From assembly GCA_027371545.1 (NCBI GenBank), contig DAHXMW010000003.1:9831-73830 (forward strand): a stretch of 64,000 nucleotides of DNA, read 5' to 3'. The notes beneath the pieces are model-generated. The model made no database searches. It was not told where the DNA came from and was given only the letters and a program-made list of their open reading frames with translations. Below are positions 28,092-38,225 of this stretch, piece by piece. The position numbers and the translations under genes are program-made. The stretch's first letter is position 1; every line of letters begins with the position of its first letter. This stretch comes from Candidatus Micrarchaeota archaeon (GTDB lineage Archaea > Micrarchaeota > Micrarchaeia > Micrarchaeales > CABMGC01).

Positions 28092-29612
28092 TCATTCTAC
28101 AACATACGAGCTTGGCAGCTGATTGGTTATCTTCATGTAATTGGCTATCCAGGTGCCAACAAGAACTATCACTATGTTTATTACCAGTGCAATCATGCCT
28201 ATGAAGACAGGTCCTATTCCCGTACCTACCAGTGTTGTAGTCCATTGCGCATAGTTGTTTGCAGCTTCCATTATGTAAACTCCGCTCACAACTCCTCCTA
28301 GGAGCCCTAGGAAGAGCGCCCTTCTGTTGAGGTTCTTTGTGATCATTCCAAATACAAATGCTGGAAGGACCTGCAGTATCAATATACCGCCAAAAAGCTG
28401 CAGCTGTATAGCGTAAGTTGCAGGTATTAGGAATACAAATCCAAGTGCCAGGAATTTGAATACTACAGCGAATATCTGCGCTACCCGCGTCTCCTCCTTT
28501 GGAGTCATCTTTGGCTTTATCTCCTTTGCGATGTTCCTAGTGAAGAGGTTAGCTGCGGCTATCGCCATTATTGCAGCAGGAACGAGGCCGCCTATGAATA
28601 TTCCAAGAAGCGCTGCGCCTGAGAGCCATGAAGGAAGAAGTGTCAGTATAAGCCCTGGCACTACTTGTGTACCCTGGACTGAGGCAGGGAAGGAATGCAC
28701 GTAGCTCAATGCCGCGGGAACCCCATATATCATGAACCCGAACATTGCCAGAAGGCCGAGACCTATGCTGTAAAGGGGAAGCAATGATGCGGTCTTCCTT
28801 ACAGTGGCAGGGTTCTTCTGTGCGAGGGATCCGTTTACAACATGAGGGTATAGGTAAAGTGCCAGTGCGCTGAATACGAAGAGGCTCCAGTATGCGTTAT
28901 ACAGGCTGGGCGGCAGCTGGAAGTAATGTATGGATGTTGCTGATGCATTTATCAAGGCAGCGTGGAAGCCGCCGATTGTGGCTACTGCAACTACCACGGC
29001 TACTACGCTTACCAGTATAAGAGCGTCCTTCAAGAGCGCGCCAAGAGTTGCACCCCTGAGGCCACTGGTCCAGGTAAATGCCGCAAGTATGATGAATGAT
29101 ATGATGAGCGAGAGCTCTATCACTGTAGTAGTAGCACCCACTCCTGAAAGAAGGGCTATCAGGACAGCCTGCATACCCACTATCTGCAGCGCTATGTAAG
29201 GCAGCTCCGCAACTATCCCTACAAGCGCTATTGATATGGCAAGGAGCCTGCTGTTGAATATCTCCCTAACGAAATCTGCCATGGTTAGGTAGCCATGCTT
29301 GTTGGCTATCTTCCAGAACTTCGGCATTGCCCACATGGCGAATGCATAAGTTATTATCACATATGGAGCTGCGAAGAAGTATATAGCGCCTTTTGCAAAG
29401 AGCGAGGATGGTACGGCTATGAATGTGTATGCGGTATATATGTCTGCGCCGAGGAGGAACCATCCCAGGGTTGTGCCCAGCCTGCCTCCTGCCATGCCCC
29501 ATTCCTTGAGCTTGCTCAGGTCGCCTTTTCGCCATTTGCTTCCGTAAAATCCTAGCGCTACGAACAGGATAAAGAGTATTACAAAGACAGCTATTGATAA
29601 TGGGTCTATCAT
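28092..29612 (-). CDS. Sodium:solute symporter family protein (MctP/YhjB-like)
   Basis: About 13 TM; WFLLGADIYTAYTF, PYIALQ, SGLRG, AANLFTRNI. Confidence 0.9.
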   Translation of the reverse strand: MIDPLSIAVFVILFILFVALGFYGSKWRKGDLSKLKEWGMAGGRLGTTLGWFLLGADIYTAYTFIAVPSSLFAKGAIYFFAAPYVIITYAFAMWAMPKFWKIANKHGYLTMADFVREIFNSRLLAISIALVGIVAELPYIALQIVGMQAVLIALLSGVGATTTVIELSLIISFIILAAFTWTSGLRGATLGALLKDALILVSVVAVVVAVATIGGFHAALINASATSIHYFQLPPSLYNAYWSLFVFSALALYLYPHVVNGSLAQKNPATVRKTASLLPLYSIGLGLLAMFGFMIYGVPAALSYVHSFPASVQGTQVVPGLILTLLPSWLSGAALLGIFIGGLVPAAIMAIAAANLFTRNIAKEIKPKMTPKEETRVAQIFAVVFKFLALGFVFLIPATYAIQLQLFGGILILQVLPAFVFGMITKNLNRRALFLGLLGGVVSGVYIMEAANNYAQWTTTLVGTGIGPVFIGMIALVINIVIVLVGTWIANYMKITNQLPSSYVVE

Positions 29613-29616
29613 TGGT

Positions 29617-29880
29617 TCACCTTCTTGATCTCTTCTTCGAAGCTGCCTTCCTTGATGCCTTTCTCTTCTCTGATTCCTCCTGCTTCTCTTTGTCGTTCCA
29701 TATTACTGACGCTATGTAGTAAAGAAGCGCTCCGAGAGGCATCCAGAGCAGCTGGTACCAGTAGAAGAATGGGATTCCTCCCAGTGTAGGGTTTATGCTG
29801 TTGTAGAGTGGTATTGCCAAGAGCGCAACTAGCGGTATAAGAAGCAGCACTGCAATCAGCAGATATGCGTTATCAGCCGT
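29617..29880 (-). CDS. DUF3311-like small membrane partner of the symporter
   Basis: PLYN...PTLGGIPFFYWYQLLW. Start uncertain (GTG 29850 or ACG 29880). Confidence 0.8.
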   Translation of the reverse strand, partial: TADNAYLLIAVLLLIPLVALLAIPLYNSINPTLGGIPFFYWYQLLWMPLGALLYYIASVIWNDKEKQEESEKRKASRKAASKKRSRR

Positions 29881-30031
29881 CCAACAACCCCAGATTTTCG
29901 ATTATGTATGATTTAGATAAATATTTAAATATATACCAATTTACAAGAAAGGCGCATTAAGTCTATAGTAACCATTCCGAAATGCAGATTTGTAATTGCT
30001 TATAGACTTGTATGAGTGCTTACCAACTTAG

Positions 30032-30979
30032 TCAGTTCGTTTCTGCTTTTCGGTAAAGGATCTGGAGAAGCTGCACGGCAACTTCAGGCTTTGCCTCGCC
30101 ACAGCCGGGGCAGTATATGGATTCGTTTGGGACGTTCAGCCAGTAGCCTCCTGAGAAGTTATCAGTTGCGTTTATTGCAGCGTACAGTTCTCCGCCAGTT
30201 ATATTCTCCGAGTTCGGGTTGGTGCTTATCCCTATGAAGAATATGGCATTGGGATTTCCAGCTTTTGCCTGGAGATATTCCTCATGCGAGAATGATGCAA
30301 ATTTGGAAGTGTTGCTCTCCAGGCTCTGCGCCTGGAGCTCATACACCTGCGAGTACATTGATGTGTTGTATGCTATCCCCAGCCTCTGGAACACTCCTGA
30401 GAAATTGCTGCGGTATCCGTACGCCTTTGCCAGGTCAAGCGCAGGTGTGGATATTAACACAAGTCCTTGAGGCTCAGCGAGCCTGCTTGATAGCATTGTA
30501 TAATAGGTGGTATTCAGCTGCTCGTACAATGGGGTGAAGCTCCAGTTCTCCTGGTCCAGTATTATTCCGTAATATACATTGGAGCTTAATGAGGATATTG
30601 ACCTGTTCAGCGCGCTGTAGTTATGGAAATCGGCAACTCTCCTTGATGTCCATCCTGCAGGCGGATTTCCGATTATCAGTGTGTTTGGGTTGTCAAATGC
30701 CCATCTTGCCAGCGTGGCGTTCTGCGCAATTATCTTGTTTACAGCGCCTGAAGAGATTACCCATCTGAATGGATATGGAAATGCATTATTTGGTGCGCTT
30801 GAATTAATTGAAATTGTAGTTGAGCTTGGAGGCATTGTAGATATTGTTGTAGGTTGAGTGGCGGGATACGGTGTCGTATTGTTTGGGTTTCCGCTTTGGC
30901 TTGTGAAGTTTGTCTTCAATACAACTAGCATTATGATAAACAGTATTATCAGAACAGCAACGAAGCGGATTACTGCCAT
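30032..30979 (-). CDS. Membrane-anchored secreted protein, possible glycoside-hydrolase-like TIM barrel
   Basis: N-terminal TM, P/T/S linker, ILDQENW motif, alternating beta/alpha pattern. Confidence 0.55.
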   Translation of the reverse strand: MAVIRFVAVLIILFIIMLVVLKTNFTSQSGNPNNTTPYPATQPTTISTMPPSSTTISINSSAPNNAFPYPFRWVISSGAVNKIIAQNATLARWAFDNPNTLIIGNPPAGWTSRRVADFHNYSALNRSISSLSSNVYYGIILDQENWSFTPLYEQLNTTYYTMLSSRLAEPQGLVLISTPALDLAKAYGYRSNFSGVFQRLGIAYNTSMYSQVYELQAQSLESNTSKFASFSHEEYLQAKAGNPNAIFFIGISTNPNSENITGGELYAAINATDNFSGGYWLNVPNESIYCPGCGEAKPEVAVQLLQILYRKAETN

Positions 30980-31057
30980 TACATCACTTTGGCTATATTA
31001 TTAAATTGGTTTATTATATAATATTGGTTAGTTATAGGCTGGGAGCACTGTTTTCTA

Positions 31058-32263
31058 TTGAGCAATGCTGATAATATGAATCGTCGTCATCAGTATGTTG
31101 GAGTTGGAGGGCTGGAACTAACTGCGCAAGACAAGAGGATGGTAAACAAGGTTCTTGACAGCAATAGGCTCTCATACGGCCCGTTTACCAAAAAATTTGA
31201 ATCAGAATTTGCAAGGATCCATCAATCTAAATTTGGTGTATTTACCAACAGCGGAACTAGTGCGCTCCATATTGCATTGGGCGCACTTAAAGAAAGGTAT
31301 GGTTGGGGGGATGGGGATGAAGTAATAGTCCCTGCACTAACCTTTGTAGCAACTTCAAATACAGTAATATATAACAATCTAAAACCTGTTTTTGCTGATG
31401 TAGAACATGATACATTTAACATCGATCCTGCAAAGATAGAGGAAAAGATAACAGAAAGAACACGTTGCATATTGCCAGTCCATCTATTAGGGTTACCCGC
31501 CAGCATGGAACCAATAATGAAATTGGCCAAAAAGTACAATCTTAAGGTTATAGAGGATTCTGCAGAAACCATGTTTGCGAAATATATGGGCAGATCGGTT
31601 GGCTCTTTTGGTAGTATAGGGTGCTTCTCCACGTATATTGCACATTATATAGTTACCGGAGTTGGTGGACTGAATACAACAAATGATCCAAAACTCGCCG
31701 TTATGCTTAGAAGCTTGGCAAATCATGGAAGGGACTCTATTTACATAAACATTGATGATGATAACACAACCGACAAGAAAGCATTAAGAGAAATTATATC
31801 GAAGAGGTTTAGTTTTGTAAGGTTTGGGTACAGCTTTAGAGCTACAGAGCTTGAAGCGGCATTGGGTTTGTCGCAGTTATCCAGGAAGGAGCAGATAATA
31901 AGAAGCAGGATGAATAATGCTAAAAGATATCTGAACGGATTGAAGGATCTAAGCGATTATATATATTTTCAGCATACGCCCAGAGATAGGGAAAATATGT
32001 ATATGCTTTTTGGAGTTGTATGTAAAGGGAATTATAAGAACGACTTGGTTAATTTTCTTGAAGAGAGCAACATAGAAACTAGGGATCTCTTGCCTCTTCT
32101 TAACCAACCAATCTATAAGAAATATTTTGGCGATGTTGAGAAACATTATCCTGTTGCAAAAAGGCTTAGAGAAAATGGCTTTTATATAGGATGCCACCAG
32201 TATCTGAATAGAGCAGACATTGATTATGTAATAAGAAAATTCCATGAGTTTTTCAGAAGATAA
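31058..32263 (+). CDS. DegT/DnrJ/EryC1/StrS-family PLP enzyme, ColD-like sugar 3-dehydratase
   Basis: NSGTSALH, GDEVIVPALTF, PVHLLG, IEDSAE; STYIAHYIVTGVGG has His at the usual Schiff-base Lys position. Confidence 0.85.
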   Translation: MSNADNMNRRHQYVGVGGLELTAQDKRMVNKVLDSNRLSYGPFTKKFESEFARIHQSKFGVFTNSGTSALHIALGALKERYGWGDGDEVIVPALTFVATSNTVIYNNLKPVFADVEHDTFNIDPAKIEEKITERTRCILPVHLLGLPASMEPIMKLAKKYNLKVIEDSAETMFAKYMGRSVGSFGSIGCFSTYIAHYIVTGVGGLNTTNDPKLAVMLRSLANHGRDSIYINIDDDNTTDKKALREIISKRFSFVRFGYSFRATELEAALGLSQLSRKEQIIRSRMNNAKRYLNGLKDLSDYIYFQHTPRDRENMYMLFGVVCKGNYKNDLVNFLEESNIETRDLLPLLNQPIYKKYFGDVEKHYPVAKRLRENGFYIGCHQYLNRADIDYVIRKFHEFFRR

Positions 32264-33572
32264 TGGTAATAATTTGGCAGGAAAGCTCGCTTTTATATGG
32301 TATGGGCCCGTTTATACCTTAGGCGGATACGGCTCTGTTTCTAGGTTATTTGTCTCAAATTTAGTTAAGTTGGGCTTCAAGGTTAAAGTGGTGAGTTATG
32401 GTGGCGGGGATAAAAGCAAACTTGATAAATCGATGGTTAAATTGCTCGAAGATTGCGAACATGAAAGTATACCAATAGGTTATACTAAGATCCTTGTTTT
32501 GCATCAGCTTCCGCATAATATTTATCCCTTAAGAGTTAAAGGCGTTGACTACTCTGTATTAATGACTATATTTGAGACTGATTCTATACCGAAAATTTGG
32601 GCGAGTATTTGCAATAAAAAAATGTTTGATGAGATATGGATACCGACCATGTTCAATTTTAAGACTTTTTCTAAAGCAGGTGTGGAAAAAAATAAACTGC
32701 GAATAGTTAATTATGGGTTAGAAAGCACTAATAAAAAGAGCGGTACTAGATATGTGAAAAAAGACGGACGCTTTAGATTTTTGTATATAGCAGATTTGAT
32801 ACCTAGAAAAAATATTCCTCTCCTCGTTGAGGCATTCGGAAAAGAGTTTGGTAGTAATCCTAATGTTGAGTTGTTTATACAATTAAGTTATTCGAATCAG
32901 GCAGCCCTTGATGAATTTATATCGAAATATAATAATTTGTTAAAGCATTCGAATATATTTATAGGGAAGGACCGATTAAACGAAGCAGAGATTGGTTATT
33001 TGATAGAGTCATCGGATGTTTATATATCTGTTGATAGGGCAAATGGTTGGGGCATGCCGTGTATGGAAGCTATGTCAAAAGGAATTTTATCAGCAACGAT
33101 TGATTGGAGCGGATCTACAGAGTTCATGAAAAAAGACAATAGCCTTCTTATAAAACCATCTAGGTTGGAACTAGTTGATTCTTATTCTGCTTCATTGAAC
33201 CCAATCTATTGCGGACAGAAATGGGCACATGTATCAGAAAATGATATTAGGAAAACACTTAGATATGCATATATGAATCGTGGGAAATTAGGTAAGTTAA
33301 GTAAAAAAGGTGCGGAAGATATGCAAACTAGATTTAATATGCAAGGTATACTTAACAGGTTAATTGAAGACCTTACTATTATGGGTATAGAAAATAAAAA
33401 TTCAGAGCTTTATATAAAATGCCCGCATGGTTTCACAGTATTATTTAACAAAATTAAGGTTGTTTTGAGATATAATGTTAATTATTTTATCATTTACCGC
33501 TCTCCGGAGTTGTTGCTTAAAGAATCTAGAACAGTTTTTAGAAGATTGAAGCTAATCTTAGTTAATAGGTAG
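32244..33572 (+). CDS. GT-B (GT4-like) glycosyltransferase
   Basis: GGYG..SR, TIFETD, RKN, GWGMPCMEAM. Confidence 0.85.
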   Translation: MSFSEDNGNNLAGKLAFIWYGPVYTLGGYGSVSRLFVSNLVKLGFKVKVVSYGGGDKSKLDKSMVKLLEDCEHESIPIGYTKILVLHQLPHNIYPLRVKGVDYSVLMTIFETDSIPKIWASICNKKMFDEIWIPTMFNFKTFSKAGVEKNKLRIVNYGLESTNKKSGTRYVKKDGRFRFLYIADLIPRKNIPLLVEAFGKEFGSNPNVELFIQLSYSNQAALDEFISKYNNLLKHSNIFIGKDRLNEAEIGYLIESSDVYISVDRANGWGMPCMEAMSKGILSATIDWSGSTEFMKKDNSLLIKPSRLELVDSYSASLNPIYCGQKWAHVSENDIRKTLRYAYMNRGKLGKLSKKGAEDMQTRFNMQGILNRLIEDLTIMGIENKNSELYIKCPHGFTVLFNKIKVVLRYNVNYFIIYRSPELLLKESRTVFRRLKLILVNR

Positions 33573-33682
33573 GTTCTATGTATTTTATGCAACAGTCTGT
33601 TAGGCGTCTTTGTTTGCTTTATTAAAGGAATCTAAGTCAGAAGAGATTAGCGCAGGTAATTTGGTATATCTGTATTTAAGTT

Positions 33683-34642
33683 TTAAGAAGAAACTTGTCT
33701 CTTCCAGTGATCTATTGTCTTTTTCAGGCCTTCTTCTAGTGAATTTCTAGGCTCCCAGCCGAGTAGACGCTTTGCCTTTGAGTAATCGCCTTTTAGCACA
33801 ACGGCATCGAGAGGCCGCTTCTGCGTTGCGTTCCATGCTATCTCACCTTTAAATCCGATTAGCTTCTTTATCTTCTCCGCAGTCTCCCTTGTTGAGTAGA
33901 AATTGCCAGTGCAGAGCTGTATGTCTTCGCCTATCGCCTTGGGGTTTGCAAGCGCTTTTATGTATCCATCAATATGGTCGTCTATATAGAGCCAATCGCG
34001 TATTGCGTTAGGGTCGCCGAGCTCTACGCGCTTCTTTGTCAGCATCTGGTAGATCACGCTCTCTATGAAGAAGTGCTTGTTGTCCTTTCTGCCATATGTA
34101 TTGAATGGTCTCAGTATTGTGAAGGGGAAATGGTATGCCTCGTACATGTAATTAAGGTAAAGGTCGGCAGCCACCTTGCTAACAGCATATGGGCTGTTTG
34201 GATGCAGCTCTGAATCTTCAGTAAGGGACTTCTTCTTATCGGTTATTGCCATACCGTATTCCTCGCTCGTGCCTGAGAATATAAACTGCTTGAAATGAGG
34301 CACCTCCCTGTAGCATGCCTCAGCTAGATTTATAGTGCCAAGGTAATTTACCTCTCCAACTTCTATGAAGTGCTCGTACGAGAAAGAAACGGGGCTTATT
34401 GCAGCAGTATGTATCACGTATTCGGGCTTTATGTCTTTGACTATGTTCTTTACAGTTGGAAAATCAGTAAGGTTGGCGTAGTGCCTTACAACATTAGTGC
34501 TGTTTTGGAGGGAGTACCTCCCGGTTACATATCGCTCAAGCGTATGTACCTGGTATCTTTTGCCTTTGCTGAGCCTCTCTACCAGTTCCCTTCCTACAAA
34601 GCCCGTAGAGCCCGTGATTAGCACTCTATCCATTGAATTCAC
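33683..34642 (-). CDS. NDP-sugar 4,6-dehydratase (GDP-mannose dehydratase-like SDR)
   Basis: ITGSTGFVG, GTSEEYG, SPYAVSK, RPFNTYG, RDW. Confidence 0.88.
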   Translation of the reverse strand: MNSMDRVLITGSTGFVGRELVERLSKGKRYQVHTLERYVTGRYSLQNSTNVVRHYANLTDFPTVKNIVKDIKPEYVIHTAAISPVSFSYEHFIEVGEVNYLGTINLAEACYREVPHFKQFIFSGTSEEYGMAITDKKKSLTEDSELHPNSPYAVSKVAADLYLNYMYEAYHFPFTILRPFNTYGRKDNKHFFIESVIYQMLTKKRVELGDPNAIRDWLYIDDHIDGYIKALANPKAIGEDIQLCTGNFYSTRETAEKIKKLIGFKGEIAWNATQKRPLDAVVLKGDYSKAKRLLGWEPRNSLEEGLKKTIDHWKRQVSS

Positions 34643-34649
34643 TTGTTAG

Positions 34650-35717
34650 CTATTTGAGCATCTTTTTATAAATACCTAATGTCTCTCTTGCAGTCTTTTC
34701 CCATGTGAAGCTGCGCGCATACGCCATTGCCTCTTTGCGCTTCTTTTCGTTGTATCCGTTCTCCTTTAGATTCTCTATTATCTGTGCAGCATGCTCTGGA
34801 TTCTCTGCCTCTATGCAGTGTTTCCGAACCTCTTTGGAGATGTGCGCTTTCTTGTAGATTATAACTGGAAGCCCCCTTGACTGTGCTTCCAGTATCGGCA
34901 ATCCAAAGCCTTCGTGGAAGCTTGGGAAGATAAACGCGTCAAATGAGTCGTATGTTTTTATCTTCTCTTTTTCTGGCGCAAAGCCGCAGATCCTCATATT
35001 CGAGAGATTGTTGGAGGTTATGTAATCCCTTATTATGCCTTCTTCTAATCCTTTCCCATATATACTAAAGGTTATGTCTCTCTCTTGCCCAATCTTGCTT
35101 GCCGTTTTCGCGATAAACATTACATTTTTATGGTGTGCAAATGACCCTATGTATCCTACCTCGAACTTTGAGCTGGGCTTTTTTGGGACCTTTTTCTTGG
35201 AAATGAACTCTGCGCTCACTCCATCGTTTATAACCGCACAGTCCCTTATCTTGCCAAAGTGCTTTTCTGCATCTTTTTTGACTATTGATGATATAAATAC
35301 AAGGAAATCGGAGTTCTCGACTGCTTCTGTTGTGTTATTCTTTACTAATTCATTGTATAAGTTCTGCATTGCACCCGTATGCGTGGATGGGTCAAATCTT
35401 GAGAGGTCATTTATGGTAGAGACTATTCTTCCATGAAATTTGCCCTTTAATATTCGTGCGGCGAATCCTATCTCTTGGTTAAGTATATGCATGATGTTGC
35501 TGTCTCCCTTTGCCATGCTTGCTATCTTCATTCTGAAAATTGTCTGCGTATAGATTACTCCAAAAATATCATCTTTCTTCGCTTCTTGGAGTGCGTACCT
35601 GCTGCTTACTCTAACCCCTTGCTCTGGCAGAAGCTTCTCAAGCCTGTATGCGTATTCTGTCATGCCGTCTCCGCTTCCTTGGTAAGGCTTTACTGCAGAT
35701 AGTATAGTCACGTCCAT
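34650..35717 (-). CDS. GT4 glycosyltransferase
   Basis: HKN, FPSFHEGFGLPILEAQSRGLPV, FTWEKTA. Confidence 0.92.
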   Translation of the reverse strand: MDVTILSAVKPYQGSGDGMTEYAYRLEKLLPEQGVRVSSRYALQEAKKDDIFGVIYTQTIFRMKIASMAKGDSNIMHILNQEIGFAARILKGKFHGRIVSTINDLSRFDPSTHTGAMQNLYNELVKNNTTEAVENSDFLVFISSIVKKDAEKHFGKIRDCAVINDGVSAEFISKKKVPKKPSSKFEVGYIGSFAHHKNVMFIAKTASKIGQERDITFSIYGKGLEEGIIRDYITSNNLSNMRICGFAPEKEKIKTYDSFDAFIFPSFHEGFGLPILEAQSRGLPVIIYKKAHISKEVRKHCIEAENPEHAAQIIENLKENGYNEKKRKEAMAYARSFTWEKTARETLGIYKKMLK

Positions 35718-35766
35718 TGAAATCCAGTATGGGGAATAAATTTATTGATAATAGATTAGGCAACAG

Positions 35767-36759
35767 TTAAACTTTTGCAAAACGATATATATTCTTGGAG
35801 AACCAATCAAATGTTGCACTTATTCCGTCTTCAAGTGTAAATGATGGTGACCAGTGCAAATCACTTCGCGTCTTGCTGTTATCCATGTCAAAATTTATCG
35901 GTTCGCCATTTATAAGTTCACCAGGCTCGTAGTTTGCCTCCTCAATATCTAGTGGTTTGAAACCTTTATCTCTTGCAACTTTGTTTATAATACTGGCGAG
36001 TTCCACATTAGTTACAATCCTGTCCCCTTTATTTCCGGCGCAGCTGAGCACCGCCCCATTGAAGTCTTCCACTCTATAGATAAGCTCTTTGTAGAAAGAG
36101 AGGAAGTCTGCAGCATACGACCATAGCCTTTTTGCTTTTGGCGAGCGCATCTTGAATTTCTTTTCTCTTCGTATAGTTTTGATTATATAATTGCCTATAA
36201 GTTCATCTGAACGCATTCTGGGCCCATATCCACTACCAACAACTACTATAACAACAGGTACACCAAACGATTTGTTGTATGTGAGATAAAGCGTTTCGGC
36301 TGCACTTTTTGTCCATCCGTAAGGAGTGGATGGAAGCGGAAACGTAGCTTCATTTAATAGGCTATTAACTTTGTGGCCATATCGAGCATTTAGTGAGGAT
36401 GGGTATATTATTGTTGGCTTCGTTTTCATCTTCCTTACAGTTTCAAGCAGGTATATTGGTGGGAGCAGGTTCCCGATTAAAGAATGAATTGGCGAGTTTG
36501 TACCCATCGGCCTATCAGGCACAGCAAGGCCACAGTCTATAACAATGTCAATGTCTTTAAGGTCGCTTTCGCTTATGTCTGTTGTGGATTTCCATATGTA
36601 TTCTACTTTGTCTTTTACGCCGGCATCTTCTAATTTCCAGGCCTCATCTGATCTGATTATGTCTAAAACTGAAACGTTATTGTGCTCCTTAACAAGTATT
36701 GAAGAAAGACCAGACCCTAGTGTTCCTGCACCTCCACATATCAGTATATTTTTGGACAT
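35767..36759 (-). CDS. NAD-dependent epimerase/dehydratase/reductase (extended SDR)
   Basis: GGAGTLG, SS...YG, PYGWTK, YGP. Confidence 0.85.
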   Translation of the reverse strand: MSKNILICGGAGTLGSGLSSILVKEHNNVSVLDIIRSDEAWKLEDAGVKDKVEYIWKSTTDISESDLKDIDIVIDCGLAVPDRPMGTNSPIHSLIGNLLPPIYLLETVRKMKTKPTIIYPSSLNARYGHKVNSLLNEATFPLPSTPYGWTKSAAETLYLTYNKSFGVPVVIVVVGSGYGPRMRSDELIGNYIIKTIRREKKFKMRSPKAKRLWSYAADFLSFYKELIYRVEDFNGAVLSCAGNKGDRIVTNVELASIINKVARDKGFKPLDIEEANYEPGELINGEPINFDMDNSKTRSDLHWSPSFTLEDGISATFDWFSKNIYRFAKV

Positions 36760-37151
36760 TTAATCCTTTTTGATAATATTGTATTAGATATTTAAGCACT
36801 TTTAGGTAAGTATTTATAAGTTTTCCTTTATTTTTGGGGTTTATTTTATTTATGGGAGATTCATTGCAATCAGGCTGCATTTTTGTCATTTAGATTGCGC
36901 ATTAAACTAGAAATAATTTTGTCTATGTAAAGAGCACTTGTTTTTAGTAACTACAAATGATTAGTGGCAAGATAAGCAGACATTTGATTAAACGGGTGGG
37001 TAAAGTGAGGTTGCTGAAGCATGAAGATCAAAATATATACTTTTGTTAATAGCAGGGTTAAGTTATACTATATTAGAATACGCCATGGGAGCGAATGCTT
37101 ATTTATTATTAATTGTCACTTTATGTTCTGTTAGGTACAAAGGTGTTTAGG

Positions 37152-38201
37152 TTGAGTGGTATTTCTCTGCTCGTATTCTCCAGAAATGATGCTAGAAAGG
37201 CTCTTGATATGTTCATGGAGCTTCAAGACGTTGTAGATGATATTGTACTTGTTGACTCGAGCAATAAAAAGGCACATAATCTTCTACTTGCAGAGGCTAA
37301 ACGCGCAGGTTTTAAAAAACTCAGAATATTTTATACAGTTGCTCTGGGTTATCCGGAAGTATATAGGGCTTACGCAGTGGGCCTCTGCCGTGGAGAATGG
37401 ATTTTGTATCTTGATACTGATGAGCGCATACCGCAAGATTTTGTGAGAGATCTTAGGAAAATAGTTTCTAGTGCAAAATGCGATGCTTTTGCGATAAAGA
37501 GATATGAAGAGACCAGTGATGATGTAAAGAAGGGTGCATTTACAATGCAAACCAGGCTCTTTAGGAAGGACAAGGTACACTATAGAGGAATATTGCACGA
37601 ACAACCAATTGTCAGTGGCGTGGTTGCAAGACTCGATGATAGATATTATATAAAGCACGTTAAGGAGTTGAAAGACGTTAGACACGCAATAGAGTACGGG
37701 AGAATAAGTCGATTTTGGAGATACTCATACTCATCATATTATGATGAGTGGAAAGGTTATTTCTCGAAGCTTAGCCAAGGCTCTGGCAGAAAGAATGCTA
37801 CCTTCATCGAGAATGCTTTCTTAGGCATGCTCAGGCTTCATGCCCGTTTATTCAGGAAGAAGCCTGATGAAGAGATAGGATGGTTCGGATACTTTATGCT
37901 ATTTTTTGCCAAGGAGATCGCGATAAGGATTAAAGTTTATTCGCTAAGGGATGTCTTAGTGGTCCCTTTCAGAGAAGCCAAGCATGCGTCTGTAGTATAT
38001 GGTCTTAGGAAAACTGCAAAGGGCAGGAAGGATTTTGAGATTGCAAAGATGATAAATAGCGTTGGCATAATAAAGTTGCTTCGGCTTGACGACCCACAGA
38101 GTATAAAAGCATTGAACAATAAATATGCATGGCGGGAGGAAGGTATAGATTTGCTTATGAAGCTTATTGAGCGCGAATATGACTTAAGAAGAAGGTCTTA
38201 G
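37152..38201 (+). CDS. GT2 glycosyltransferase
   Basis: IVLVDS, WILYLDTDER, RLFRK, GILHE. Start refined to TTG 37152 after AGGTG. Confidence 0.85.
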   Translation: MSGISLLVFSRNDARKALDMFMELQDVVDDIVLVDSSNKKAHNLLLAEAKRAGFKKLRIFYTVALGYPEVYRAYAVGLCRGEWILYLDTDERIPQDFVRDLRKIVSSAKCDAFAIKRYEETSDDVKKGAFTMQTRLFRKDKVHYRGILHEQPIVSGVVARLDDRYYIKHVKELKDVRHAIEYGRISRFWRYSYSSYYDEWKGYFSKLSQGSGRKNATFIENAFLGMLRLHARLFRKKPDEEIGWFGYFMLFFAKEIAIRIKVYSLRDVLVVPFREAKHASVVYGLRKTAKGRKDFEIAKMINSVGIIKLLRLDDPQSIKALNNKYAWREEGIDLLMKLIEREYDLRRRS

Positions 38202-38225
38202 GGAAATGACTTTTGTGGTTTTGGA

